This document shows positions 49,480-58,249 of a stretch of DNA of 64,000 nt, piece after piece; within the stretch, counting starts at the first letter, position 1, and each line of letters starts with the position of its first letter. The position numbers and the translations under genes were made by a program. The notes under the pieces are model-generated. The model saw nothing but the letters and a program-made list of their open reading frames with translations. It did no database searches and was not told the origin of the DNA. The DNA comes from Infirmifilum sp. (GTDB taxonomy: Archaea > Thermoproteota > Thermoprotei > Thermofilales > Thermofilaceae): the NCBI GenBank assembly GCA_041287245.1, contig JBEULP010000117.1:128001-192000 (forward strand). The letters run 5' to 3'.

Positions 49480-50592
49480 TTAAACTTTCCATCCTTTAAC
49501 GTCTTTCCTTCCGAGCAGGAATGTCCGAGTAAATCCAGCAATCATTATAGAAAACCATATGGGAGCGTAGAAGAAGAAATACACGGTTAGCCACAAAATG
49601 TTTACCTTATAGCCGATTCTTCGCGCGAGTAGTGAAACAAACAAAACGTAGACAAAGTAGTAGAAAACCGTGAAGAATGCTTGAGGGGGCAGTAACGCCA
49701 TCGAAGTCTGGAGTAGATAGACAAAGGGTAGGAGGAAGGCGAAGACACTAAACCCCAGATACCATAGAGTTAGCAGGGGTCCAGAGATCAATGGGAAAAA
49801 AGACAAAAAGATTACAGGTAGTATGAGAGACCATGGAAACATCACCACAATAGCTAAGAGTGACTCTGGGAGATGTCTAGAACCACTCCTAACAAGTAAG
49901 GGAAAATACTCCTCTATCCAAAGCCACGCACCCTGAGACCATCTAAGTCTCTGGTTCACCCACTGGCGGAGACCCGACGGTGGTTCAACTAAAACAGCAG
50001 ACTGGTAGAAATAACCGTAGGGCACTCCTATGAAGAAGCTCCTGAACCCTATGTCCATATCTTCTAATATGATATTTTTAAACCCTCCAAGCTCTCTTAT
50101 AATCCGAGTTCGGAAAGCAAAAGCAGCACCATTAAGCCCCGCGCATAGTTTAACTCTCCTTGCAAAGATATAGCTTGCAACTCCGAAGGTAAGGTAATCA
50201 TAATAAATTAGCTTACCTATTAGAGAATCGTTTCTAGAAATCTTCTTTATCTCAACAACGTCATGATTACTCATAAAGGAGTACAGCTTGTCTATAAAGA
50301 ACTGATCAGTTATTTCGACGTCATTATCCAAGAAGACGACAATCTCCCCTCTTGATAAAGATAAAGCCTCATTCAAAGCTTGCACCTTACCCCTCCTACT
50401 TTTACTTACCAAGAAGGTAGCCTTATCGGAGTACCGCTTTGTTATTTCCTCTAACTCGCTGTTAGGCTCATCCACGCTGACTATAACTTCAAGACTATCG
50501 CTCTTGGCATTAGCAACGAGATACTCGAGGAGTTTTTCAAGCTTAACGGGTTCTCTGTAAGCGGTGATTATAAACGTTATTAAAGGTCTCAT
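49480..50592 (-). CDS. Membrane-bound family 2 glycosyltransferase
   Basis: GK..ALN, FLDND, ED.D, Q.LRW, C-terminal TM helices. Confidence 0.9.
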   Translation of the reverse strand: MRPLITFIITAYREPVKLEKLLEYLVANAKSDSLEVIVSVDEPNSELEEITKRYSDKATFLVSKSRRGKVQALNEALSLSRGEIVVFLDNDVEITDQFFIDKLYSFMSNHDVVEIKKISRNDSLIGKLIYYDYLTFGVASYIFARRVKLCAGLNGAAFAFRTRIIRELGGFKNIILEDMDIGFRSFFIGVPYGYFYQSAVLVEPPSGLRQWVNQRLRWSQGAWLWIEEYFPLLVRSGSRHLPESLLAIVVMFPWSLILPVIFLSFFPLISGPLLTLWYLGFSVFAFLLPFVYLLQTSMALLPPQAFFTVFYYFVYVLFVSLLARRIGYKVNILWLTVYFFFYAPIWFSIMIAGFTRTFLLGRKDVKGWKV

Positions 50593-51770
50593 TAAATACC
50601 CTCAATTCTCCCATCTCTGTATATCTTTACTGCTGGCCCTACCGATGAAACAGACTTTATCCTGGCATACGGAGCTACAAAAACACCAAGTTTCTTCTTT
50701 TTACCAATTATACCTTGTAGTGGCAACTCACGGATTGCCTTGAAATCATCAGGCAGCATACTAACCGTCGTCGTTCTAGGCTCGGCAACGCTCTTATAAC
50801 CCAAGACACTGTCCGTTATCAAAGAGAAACTACCCACGGTGGAGAAAGGCTGCAAAACACTACGCTTAACTTCGCTATGCGCTCCGACGACCGCCCCCTC
50901 CTCGATCGAGGTGTATTCCCGGATAAATGCCCCCATTCCGATAAAAGAGTTTCTCCCAATATAAGCAGGCCCTTTTATAACGGCGTAATGGTCGATAACA
51001 GCCCCCTCGTCAACGATAACACACCCTTCCAGTATAGCTGTGGGGGACACACGCGCCGTCGGAGCGATAATCTTCCCGCACTTCTTGTCTATAAGGCTAT
51101 AAAGCGCATTAATCAAATCCCACGGGTAATCTACAGCAATCCAATCACCAGTCCAGAAGGCAGCATACATACCCGTTTTCTCAACAAGCTGGTTCAAGGC
51201 ATTCAGGAAAGATTCCCCATTTCTGAGTAGTGAGAAAATCTCCGAGGGAAGAACAAAAGCACCACCCACCACGAAGCTTGTATCTCTCCCGTTGCTCTCA
51301 TCTAGAAACCTAGCAACCATATTCTCTCTAACAAGGACTGCGCCGAAGGTTTGGATCTGTGATAGCGGAACAATTAGAGCGGATGGCCGACCTGTACTCG
51401 TGTGGACATCGATAACTAGCCTATAAGCTTCTTCGCTGACAATAACGTCGCCGTACGTAAGCAGGAACCACTCATCCTCCCCTATAAATTCCCGCGAAGC
51501 AAGCAATGCCGGCTCAATACCCTGCTCTTGTTGAGCCTTCAATGAAACCTTAGCCGACAAACCACTCTCCTGTAGGTGTCTGATGATTTCTCCAATAGGT
51601 GCATCTGGCGAAACTACCACTAAACCTTTACTCTGAACAGTGCTAAGAGCTCTAAGAAGAGGGTAAGTGAACAGCGGCTTACCCATTATGCTTAGCAACG
51701 CTCTAGAATAACCCTCAGTTAATGGAAGCATTCTCTTAGAATGTCCACCCGTCAATACAACAACCTTCAT
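50592..51770 (-). CDS. GlmU-like nucleotidyltransferase with left-handed beta-helix acetyltransferase domain
   Basis: N-terminal NTP-transferase (GG...RM.PLT, YGD, W..VDYPWDL) followed by hexapeptide repeats. Adjacent to glmS. Confidence 0.8.
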   Translation of the reverse strand: MKVVVLTGGHSKRMLPLTEGYSRALLSIMGKPLFTYPLLRALSTVQSKGLVVVSPDAPIGEIIRHLQESGLSAKVSLKAQQEQGIEPALLASREFIGEDEWFLLTYGDVIVSEEAYRLVIDVHTSTGRPSALIVPLSQIQTFGAVLVRENMVARFLDESNGRDTSFVVGGAFVLPSEIFSLLRNGESFLNALNQLVEKTGMYAAFWTGDWIAVDYPWDLINALYSLIDKKCGKIIAPTARVSPTAILEGCVIVDEGAVIDHYAVIKGPAYIGRNSFIGMGAFIREYTSIEEGAVVGAHSEVKRSVLQPFSTVGSFSLITDSVLGYKSVAEPRTTTVSMLPDDFKAIRELPLQGIIGKKKKLGVFVAPYARIKSVSSVGPAVKIYRDGRIEGI

Positions 51771-51771
51771 G

Positions 51772-53589
51772 CTACTCCACCGTAACAGTCTTTGCAAGAT
51801 TACGTGGCTTATCGGGGTCTAATTCTTTTTCAACAGCGGTATAGTATGCTAGCAACTGCAAAGGTATTGTTTCAAGTACAGGTAGTAGAAGCTCATCGTT
51901 AGAGGGAACGATCACCTTTTCATCAACTAAATTTGCAAGCTCAGAACTTTCCCCCAAAACTCCAATGGTATAAGCACCCCTAGCTCTCATCTCCTCGATA
52001 TTTCCCAAGAGTTTCCTCTCAAGCTTCCTCTCAACTGATACGAAAATAACGGGAAATCCCTGCTCAACTAAAGCTATGGGACCGTGCTTGCTCTCCCCAG
52101 CTGGATAGCCCTCAGCGTGAATATAAGCGATTTCCTTTAGCTTTAACGCACCCTCAAGTGCTATTGGAATCCCCAGACCTCTCCCCAGGTAATAAGCACT
52201 TGTTTTCGAGGACATTAACTTACTCATTCGTCTAGCCCATCCTTCACTCCTATTAATTACCCTCAACGCCAACTCGGGCAGATTTTTTAATCTCTCCTTT
52301 ACGTCGAGGACTCCCCCGTCAGAGAGTTTTCCCTTGTAGTAGGATAGAAGAGCTGAAAGCCACGTTAAAGCTGTTAGTTGTGTTGTAAATGTTTTCGTAG
52401 CCGCAACGCCAATCTCAGGGCCCGCTTTCATATAGACTGGATAATCGCTTTCTCGTGCAATTACGCTTCCAATAACGTTAGTTAGGGACACAACCTTTGA
52501 TCCTTTCTCTTTAAAAGCCCTTAAGGCCATCAGGGTATCTATGGTTTCGCCACTCTGGGATACAGCGATTAATGTCGATCCTTTACCGGCCAGGTAGACG
52601 TAAGACTCATATTCACTTGATATAAATGGTATAACCTTTTTACCCGACAACTTCGCTGTAAGAAGGGCAAAGTAAAGGGAAGCATGATAACTCGTACCTG
52701 CTGCGGTGATAAAAACAGTCTCGCTATCTGCTATTACGCGCGCAGCGCTCTCATAATCCTTGCTAAAACCGAAAATAGTATCTCCTATTACCCGCGGCTG
52801 CTCATGTATCTCCTTCAACATGAAATGCGGGAAGCCCTCTTTCCTAGCTGACTCAGGAGACCAGTCTACCTCTAGAACTCTTTTTTGAACGTCAACAACG
52901 CCTCCATCTATTCTCTCGATAAGTATCTTTTTAACAGAAGCGTATCCGATCTCTCCATCCATTAGCGGTATGACTTTCCGCGTGTAATCTAGAAATGCTG
53001 GAATATCTGAAGCAAGGAAAATCTTATCATGGCTAACCCCTATAACGAGGGGCGAGTGGCGCCTAGCAAAATAGATTCTTTCAGGCGTATCTTTTATGAT
53101 CACAGCTAGAGCATAACTTCCCCTGAGACGTCTAACTGTTCGCTTGAATGCCTCGTAGGGGTCTAAACCTTCCATAAGGTATTCTTCCAGTAGATGGGCA
53201 ATAACTTCCGTATCCGTTTGACTTAAAAACTTGTGACCAGCTCCTTGTAGTTCCTCCTTTAATTCAAGGTAGTTTTCAATTATACCATTATGGACAACGG
53301 CGACCCTGTTCTGGCAATCAACGTGAGGGTGAGCGTTGATATCGGTAGGCGGTCCATGCGTAGCCCAACGGGTGTGACCAACACCTATTTTCCCACCTAT
53401 GCATTGAAAGCAAAGCTTGGCATCAACCTCGTCAATCTTTCCAGCTCCCTTGGATACGATGAGTCTATCACCGTCCACGACAGCGATCCCCACGCTGTCA
53501 TAGCCGCGATACTCTAGCTTTCTAAGACATTCTCGGAGGAGCGGGCCCGCTCTAACGTCATCGCCTACTACCCCGACGATCCCGCACAC
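51772..53589 (-). CDS. glmS: Glutamine--fructose-6-phosphate transaminase
   Basis: MCGIVG, LEYRGYDS.G, GHTRWATHG, HNGIIEN, SQSGET.DT, KHGPIAL, PRNLAKTVTVE. Confidence 0.98.
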   Translation of the reverse strand: MCGIVGVVGDDVRAGPLLRECLRKLEYRGYDSVGIAVVDGDRLIVSKGAGKIDEVDAKLCFQCIGGKIGVGHTRWATHGPPTDINAHPHVDCQNRVAVVHNGIIENYLELKEELQGAGHKFLSQTDTEVIAHLLEEYLMEGLDPYEAFKRTVRRLRGSYALAVIIKDTPERIYFARRHSPLVIGVSHDKIFLASDIPAFLDYTRKVIPLMDGEIGYASVKKILIERIDGGVVDVQKRVLEVDWSPESARKEGFPHFMLKEIHEQPRVIGDTIFGFSKDYESAARVIADSETVFITAAGTSYHASLYFALLTAKLSGKKVIPFISSEYESYVYLAGKGSTLIAVSQSGETIDTLMALRAFKEKGSKVVSLTNVIGSVIARESDYPVYMKAGPEIGVAATKTFTTQLTALTWLSALLSYYKGKLSDGGVLDVKERLKNLPELALRVINRSEGWARRMSKLMSSKTSAYYLGRGLGIPIALEGALKLKEIAYIHAEGYPAGESKHGPIALVEQGFPVIFVSVERKLERKLLGNIEEMRARGAYTIGVLGESSELANLVDEKVIVPSNDELLLPVLETIPLQLLAYYTAVEKELDPDKPRNLAKTVTVE

Positions 53590-53718
53590 AGAAGTCGTAG
53601 AAGCACAAAGGTTAATAAATGATTTGTATGTGAACGGTATTACATTTTAAATGCAGATCATTTTGTCTGAAACGTTTCAAGGGCATAATAAGACATCCAT
53701 GTACTGGGAAACAAGAAT

Positions 53719-53853
53719 ATGGAGGAAATTTCAATGGAGGAATTCTTGAGAAAGATTGCAGGAAAAAAGCTTCATATCAAACAGGTCGTGGCGCCACCAC
53801 CCTCGATAATAATCGAGTCTATGGGTAATGTCTATCGTGTGAGAGTCAAATAG
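53719..53853 (+). CDS. Putative small protein, 44 aa (not in ORF track)
   Basis: MEEISMEEFLRKIAGKKLHIKQVVAPPPSIIIESMGNVYRVRVK. Fills an otherwise empty 300-bp gap. GGAGG precedes the second ATG. Confidence 0.5.
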   Translation: MEEISMEEFLRKIAGKKLHIKQVVAPPPSIIIESMGNVYRVRVK

Positions 53854-53889
53854 ATAGTTTTTTATCCAAAATTATAGAATATTTCTTTA

Positions 53890-54183
53890 ATGCATTTCGG
53901 TAAAGACGTAGTCTCTCTAACGAGAAAATTATTACTCCATCGCGATTTATATTTTTCCAATGAGATTCTGAACAGCGAAGGCAGGAAGATTTTTGAAGAG
54001 CTAGCAAGGATGATCATCTACGAGCATCCATATTTAAAAGAGCGTGTCCGTAGGACTCGAAGAAAAAGCGACTTAGCTACGTTCCTTAAATTGGCTGAGC
54101 TGATACTAGGCGAGTCGGAAGTTAGGGAGATAATGAAGAATACTGTGAACTACCCTTATGTCTCGCCTGGTTTGGACTTATAG
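53890..54183 (+). CDS. Hypothetical protein
   Basis: 97-aa helical, basic ORF preceded by a TATA-like TTTTAT. Confidence 0.65.
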   Translation: MHFGKDVVSLTRKLLLHRDLYFSNEILNSEGRKIFEELARMIIYEHPYLKERVRRTRRKSDLATFLKLAELILGESEVREIMKNTVNYPYVSPGLDL

Positions 54184-54200
54184 TTTCAAACGCTTCGCAA

Positions 54201-54686
54201 CTATCTTTTCGACAAGTCTACGTGTATTATGTCTTCAAGCTCGAAGTAGAATATCCTCGCATCTTTAAAGGAAATATACTTTGATTGAGAGTCGGAAGAG
54301 ATTTCGTAGGTAAGAACTATTTTGCAGGGTGCCTCAGTAATGCCTCTTCGACGCGTTTCTTCTATCAGTATTCCTGCAGTTCTTCTCCATTCCTCTAAAC
54401 TCCTATTCTTGTCGACTCCCTGTTCTTTCACCATTCTTGATAAGGTTGCGTAGAATGCTTTTCTAAGATTAAACATTGCTCCTCGAGAACTGGGGCTAAT
54501 AGGTGATTGTATGGTGTTTTGTTGTACACTTATCTCCGCCACGTCGAGAAATAGCCTTAGGTTACGCCCTAGTTGTTCAACGTATGTACGCATGGTTTCA
54601 GGTATTTTTCTTTCCTTAATGCTATCCTCAACTAATTTTAAGATCTGATCTACATTCTTTACTAGCTCCTCCACAGCACTTCCCAC
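54201..54686 (-). CDS. Hypothetical protein, C-terminal part resembling DUF2258
   Basis: LRKAFYA.L...VK, then a helix and terminal beta strands (KIVLTYE...ISF...IFYF). Family call is by eye. Confidence 0.5.
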   Translation of the reverse strand: MGSAVEELVKNVDQILKLVEDSIKERKIPETMRTYVEQLGRNLRLFLDVAEISVQQNTIQSPISPSSRGAMFNLRKAFYATLSRMVKEQGVDKNRSLEEWRRTAGILIEETRRRGITEAPCKIVLTYEISSDSQSKYISFKDARIFYFELEDIIHVDLSKR

Positions 54687-54821
54687 GTTATATTTTCCAT
54701 GCAGTTCTTATAAATTTTTACTATAATTCTTATTAAGCAATAGATGAAATACTAGAGGCTTCCCCTACAAAGTTATTTTTAACAATGTAAAATATAAATG
54801 GTAGATTATTAGACAAAACTT

Positions 54822-56024
54822 GTGTCAAGGCCCATTTTAAAGACAAGTTCTTCTACAGGCAGGCTAGGTGCCGAAGAAGCCTTTGTTTATCTTGCACGAA
54901 GCATGGAGCTTAAGCGTAGAGGGGTCGACGTGGTCTCCTTTGGAATAGGACAGCCAGACTTTCAACCCCCCAAACACGTGATCGAATACGCTAAACAAGC
55001 AATGGATGCAGGTTTCAATGGGTACGGGCCAAGTCTCGGCATGCCAGAACTTAGAGAGGCAGTGTCCCAGTTTATAAACCAAGAATATGGAGTAGACGTA
55101 AAGCCAGAGGAAGTTGCAATTACGGCTGGGGCGAAGGCAGCTGTTTTTATAGGCATGCTCTCATTGCTTGAGCCAGGGGACGAGGTAATAATCCCTGACC
55201 CCTCATATCCCCTCTATGAGTCTGTTGCTAGCTTCATTGGAGCAAAAACGGTTTTCCTTAAACTTGACAGAAAAAACAAGTATAAGATAAAATACGAGGA
55301 GATCGAAAAGCTAGTTACAAGCAGGACAAGAATGGTTGTAATAAATTATCCGGAGAATCCCGTTGGTTCAACTATGGATCGGGGAGACATAGAGGCTCTC
55401 CTAGAGCTAGCTTATCGTAAAAACTTCGTGGTGCTTTCAGACGAGATTTACGACCACTTTGTATTTGAGGGGCGCCATTTCTCTACCCTTCAGACCCCGT
55501 ATTGGAGAGACGTTGTGTATTATGTGAATGGGTTTTCTAAGACCTTCGGCATGACTGGTTGGAGGCTAGGATATGTCATAGCCAACAAAGACCTGATTGC
55601 AAAGCTTTCCGTGGTAGCAAACAACATGTATTCCTGCCCTGTGACTTTCGCACAAATAGCAGCTGCCAAGGCGCTCAACGACGGTTTAGACTGGTTTAAG
55701 CCCATTCTAGCTCAATACAGCAAAAGACGCGAGCTCATCTACCAGCTTCTATCTTCAATTAGGGGGGTAAGAGTTGTAAAACCTGAAGGTGCTTTCTACA
55801 TTTTCCCAGACTTCTCAGAAATAATAGAAGCTAAGGGTTTGAAAAGCGAGCGAGAGCTAGCTGACCGTCTCCTTGAGGAAAAAGGCGTCGTGGTTTTGCC
55901 CGGAACCAGTTTTCCAAAGGAATCTGGCAAGGGGCACTTGCGCTTAGCATTCGCCGTGAAAGAGGAAGATATAGAAAAAGGGATTTCAAGGATAAAGACA
56001 TGGATAGAAGAAAGTTTTCTCTAA
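54822..56024 (+). CDS. Class I/II PLP aminotransferase (aspartate aminotransferase-like)
   Basis: GQPDF, G..ELR, NYPENPVG, SDEIY, FSKTFGMTGWRLG, P.GAFY. Confidence 0.93.
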   Translation: MSRPILKTSSSTGRLGAEEAFVYLARSMELKRRGVDVVSFGIGQPDFQPPKHVIEYAKQAMDAGFNGYGPSLGMPELREAVSQFINQEYGVDVKPEEVAITAGAKAAVFIGMLSLLEPGDEVIIPDPSYPLYESVASFIGAKTVFLKLDRKNKYKIKYEEIEKLVTSRTRMVVINYPENPVGSTMDRGDIEALLELAYRKNFVVLSDEIYDHFVFEGRHFSTLQTPYWRDVVYYVNGFSKTFGMTGWRLGYVIANKDLIAKLSVVANNMYSCPVTFAQIAAAKALNDGLDWFKPILAQYSKRRELIYQLLSSIRGVRVVKPEGAFYIFPDFSEIIEAKGLKSERELADRLLEEKGVVVLPGTSFPKESGKGHLRLAFAVKEEDIEKGISRIKTWIEESFL

Positions 56025-56076
56025 ATATGATAGCAAATTAAATAAATATCTCCTTTTCTTTTGAATTCTGAGGAAT

Positions 56077-56616
56077 GTGTCTTCTAGCGTTATAAAGATC
56101 TCTCTCTGCGGACCTGGAGGCGTTGGCAAGACTAGTTTAGCCCGGGTTTTTTCAGGAGAGGCCTTTAGACCTAATGAGAGGCTAACAGTCGGAATTCAGC
56201 ATTTTTTCAAAAAAGTGTCGTTGGATAGTGGAAGGAATGTTGTAGTATCACTCTGGGATCTCGGGGGGGAGCACCGTTTCTTCTTCCTTGCCCCAGCTTT
56301 TCTTCGAGGGGCTAAGGGCGTTGTCTATGTATTCGACATTACACGTGAAGAAACCTTTGCTGAGATAGAAAACTGGCGAAGGACGGTCTCCGATACCCTG
56401 GGACCAGTACCAGCCATATTAATAGGTAACAAGAAAGATTTAGAGGAATATAGGATGGTTTCTCGACAATCGGCAGAGGAGTATGCGAGAGACAACAATT
56501 TTCTAGGATATTTTGAGGTATCGGCTAAGCAGGCCTTAGACGTTGAAAAACCATTTCTATTTCTGTTGAAATATATTTTAGAGAAGGTGGAAAATCCATG
56601 GGCACAGCTCAAATAA
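56077..56616 (+). CDS. Rab/Ras-like small GTPase
   Basis: G1 GPGGVGKTS, G2 TVG, G3 WDLGG, G4 NKKD, G5 EVSAK. RabF-like segments RFFFLA, FLRGA, YVFDIT. Confidence 0.93.
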   Translation: MSSSVIKISLCGPGGVGKTSLARVFSGEAFRPNERLTVGIQHFFKKVSLDSGRNVVVSLWDLGGEHRFFFLAPAFLRGAKGVVYVFDITREETFAEIENWRRTVSDTLGPVPAILIGNKKDLEEYRMVSRQSAEEYARDNNFLGYFEVSAKQALDVEKPFLFLLKYILEKVENPWAQLK

Positions 56617-57404
56617 TAAAGGTTGCTAAAGTTACATGTCCTCGTTGCGGTTCTCAGTTTTCTATTGAGTTGACGCCAGAAATCTTGGCGGAGGTCGAGT
56701 CGAACCCATTGGGTCTGGCTGGTGTAGCCCTGCCCCATGGGGATCATGTGCTTGTTGTTTATTTTGATAGAAATGGTGGTGAGAGAGGAGTTCGGGTTTT
56801 TTCCCTATTACAGAAGCAGGAGAAAGGCTTTTACGAAGTGAAAATGGAGAGAGAATCTCTGAAAGGGATGAGAAATATCTCAGGTTTCTTGATCGAGCTT
56901 AGAAAACTGAACCTCCGATTGATCTATCTCCAGGAGTCAACTCCAATCACTGTAAGGCTCTCCGGGAGAGACATTGGGCTCGAGTTAACTTTTCAAAAAG
57001 ATTTTAGCTACCAGAAGGTTCGGGGGTGGCTCGAGCTTCTGCTTGACGTCTTTGAAGGTTCTTATTCAGCCTCCCCCTCTGACTATGTTAACACTCTAAG
57101 AATACTCGACGTAATGCTAGAAGAAAATCCTTTCGCCTATGCGAAGCAGGTTTTCTGGCTTGTCTCAAACGCCTCTACTATCACGATTAAGTCTCGGCTT
57201 CCCGAGTCCCACCTATTGAAAAAGTATAGGCCAACCATTTTATATGAAAAGTACAACGGACTCTTTATTACTCGAGTGGTCGACTCAAACGGTATTAAGG
57301 TAAGCGAATTACTAACAGAGACCAACCCGCAAATTCTATTCTCTTATTCAGAGGCGATTCTCTCTCTTTACAGAAGAGGCGTAGTTGACCTGGTGATCGA
57401 GTAA
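56598..57404 (+). CDS. Hypothetical protein: N-terminal CxxC/H..H Zn module, central alpha/beta region, C-terminal wHTH-like region
   Basis: CPRCG...PHGDHVLVVYFDRNG..RG. Overlaps the GTPase stop by 19 nt, with a GGTGG RBS at 56586. Confidence 0.75.
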   Translation: MGTAQIIKVAKVTCPRCGSQFSIELTPEILAEVESNPLGLAGVALPHGDHVLVVYFDRNGGERGVRVFSLLQKQEKGFYEVKMERESLKGMRNISGFLIELRKLNLRLIYLQESTPITVRLSGRDIGLELTFQKDFSYQKVRGWLELLLDVFEGSYSASPSDYVNTLRILDVMLEENPFAYAKQVFWLVSNASTITIKSRLPESHLLKKYRPTILYEKYNGLFITRVVDSNGIKVSELLTETNPQILFSYSEAILSLYRRGVVDLVIE

Positions 57405-58234
57405 TGTCTGAGACCACCACATATGATCTTCTAACCCTTTATTTGGTGGATGCCTCAAAAGTTCTATCAGAGGCGAATCATCCTAAGGCAGACGTACTCA
57501 AAAATTTCGTAAAGGATGCATATCTCCTAATCTCCAATGCTGCCGAGCGACTAAGGGCGGTAAAACCTAGTGTTGAAGATCAACAACTTTTAGAGTTTTT
57601 GAGGTATGCTACTACGGCTTTAACCAAGGTTTATGTATACGGCGACTGGCGGCCATATGTATTTATGAACGAGCTATTCAATGAAGTACCTCCATTTAAA
57701 ACATTACAGGAGAGGCTGATAAACATGGCTGCCCTAACGCCTAAGTCGCGCGTAGGAGAGATTAACAGTATTACTCCCCTTACTTCATCGAGGCTTGCCT
57801 CTCGCCTAGGGGGTGAACAATTTTTGTTACTTGAGAAAACTTATCTTGAGAATTCGCTTTTCAGAGAAATATTGGAGGAGTACTCCAGGCGTTACTCATC
57901 AAACAGCAGAATAATCTCTCTCGACATGCAGCAAGAAGTCGAGAAATTAACAGAATCTTTGGATTTACTCTATACTGGCACCATTGATGCATGGAAGCTA
58001 GGATGGAGCAATATTCTAGCAATAGCCTCAAGGCTAATAAAGCGAAAAGGGTATTTTACTGCAATCCTACCCGCAACAAAACATTTGGCTATGCGAACAC
58101 TACTTTCCCTTTTCGACGTTCCAGACTACCCAGACACAGCACAAATAAAGGAGGAGCTCCAAAAAATGCGTTTCACAAACATATACATAAGCTCTGCACA
58201 AGGTTTTACAGCTTTCTTCGCCATTAAACGATAG
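57404..58234 (+). CDS. Hypothetical alpha-helical protein in the GTPase operon
   Basis: TAATG stop/start overlap, GGTGA RBS, 276-aa ORF. Confidence 0.75.
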   Translation: MSETTTYDLLTLYLVDASKVLSEANHPKADVLKNFVKDAYLLISNAAERLRAVKPSVEDQQLLEFLRYATTALTKVYVYGDWRPYVFMNELFNEVPPFKTLQERLINMAALTPKSRVGEINSITPLTSSRLASRLGGEQFLLLEKTYLENSLFREILEEYSRRYSSNSRIISLDMQQEVEKLTESLDLLYTGTIDAWKLGWSNILAIASRLIKRKGYFTAILPATKHLAMRTLLSLFDVPDYPDTAQIKEELQKMRFTNIYISSAQGFTAFFAIKR

Positions 58235-58249
58235 AGAAAGGTAGATGCG

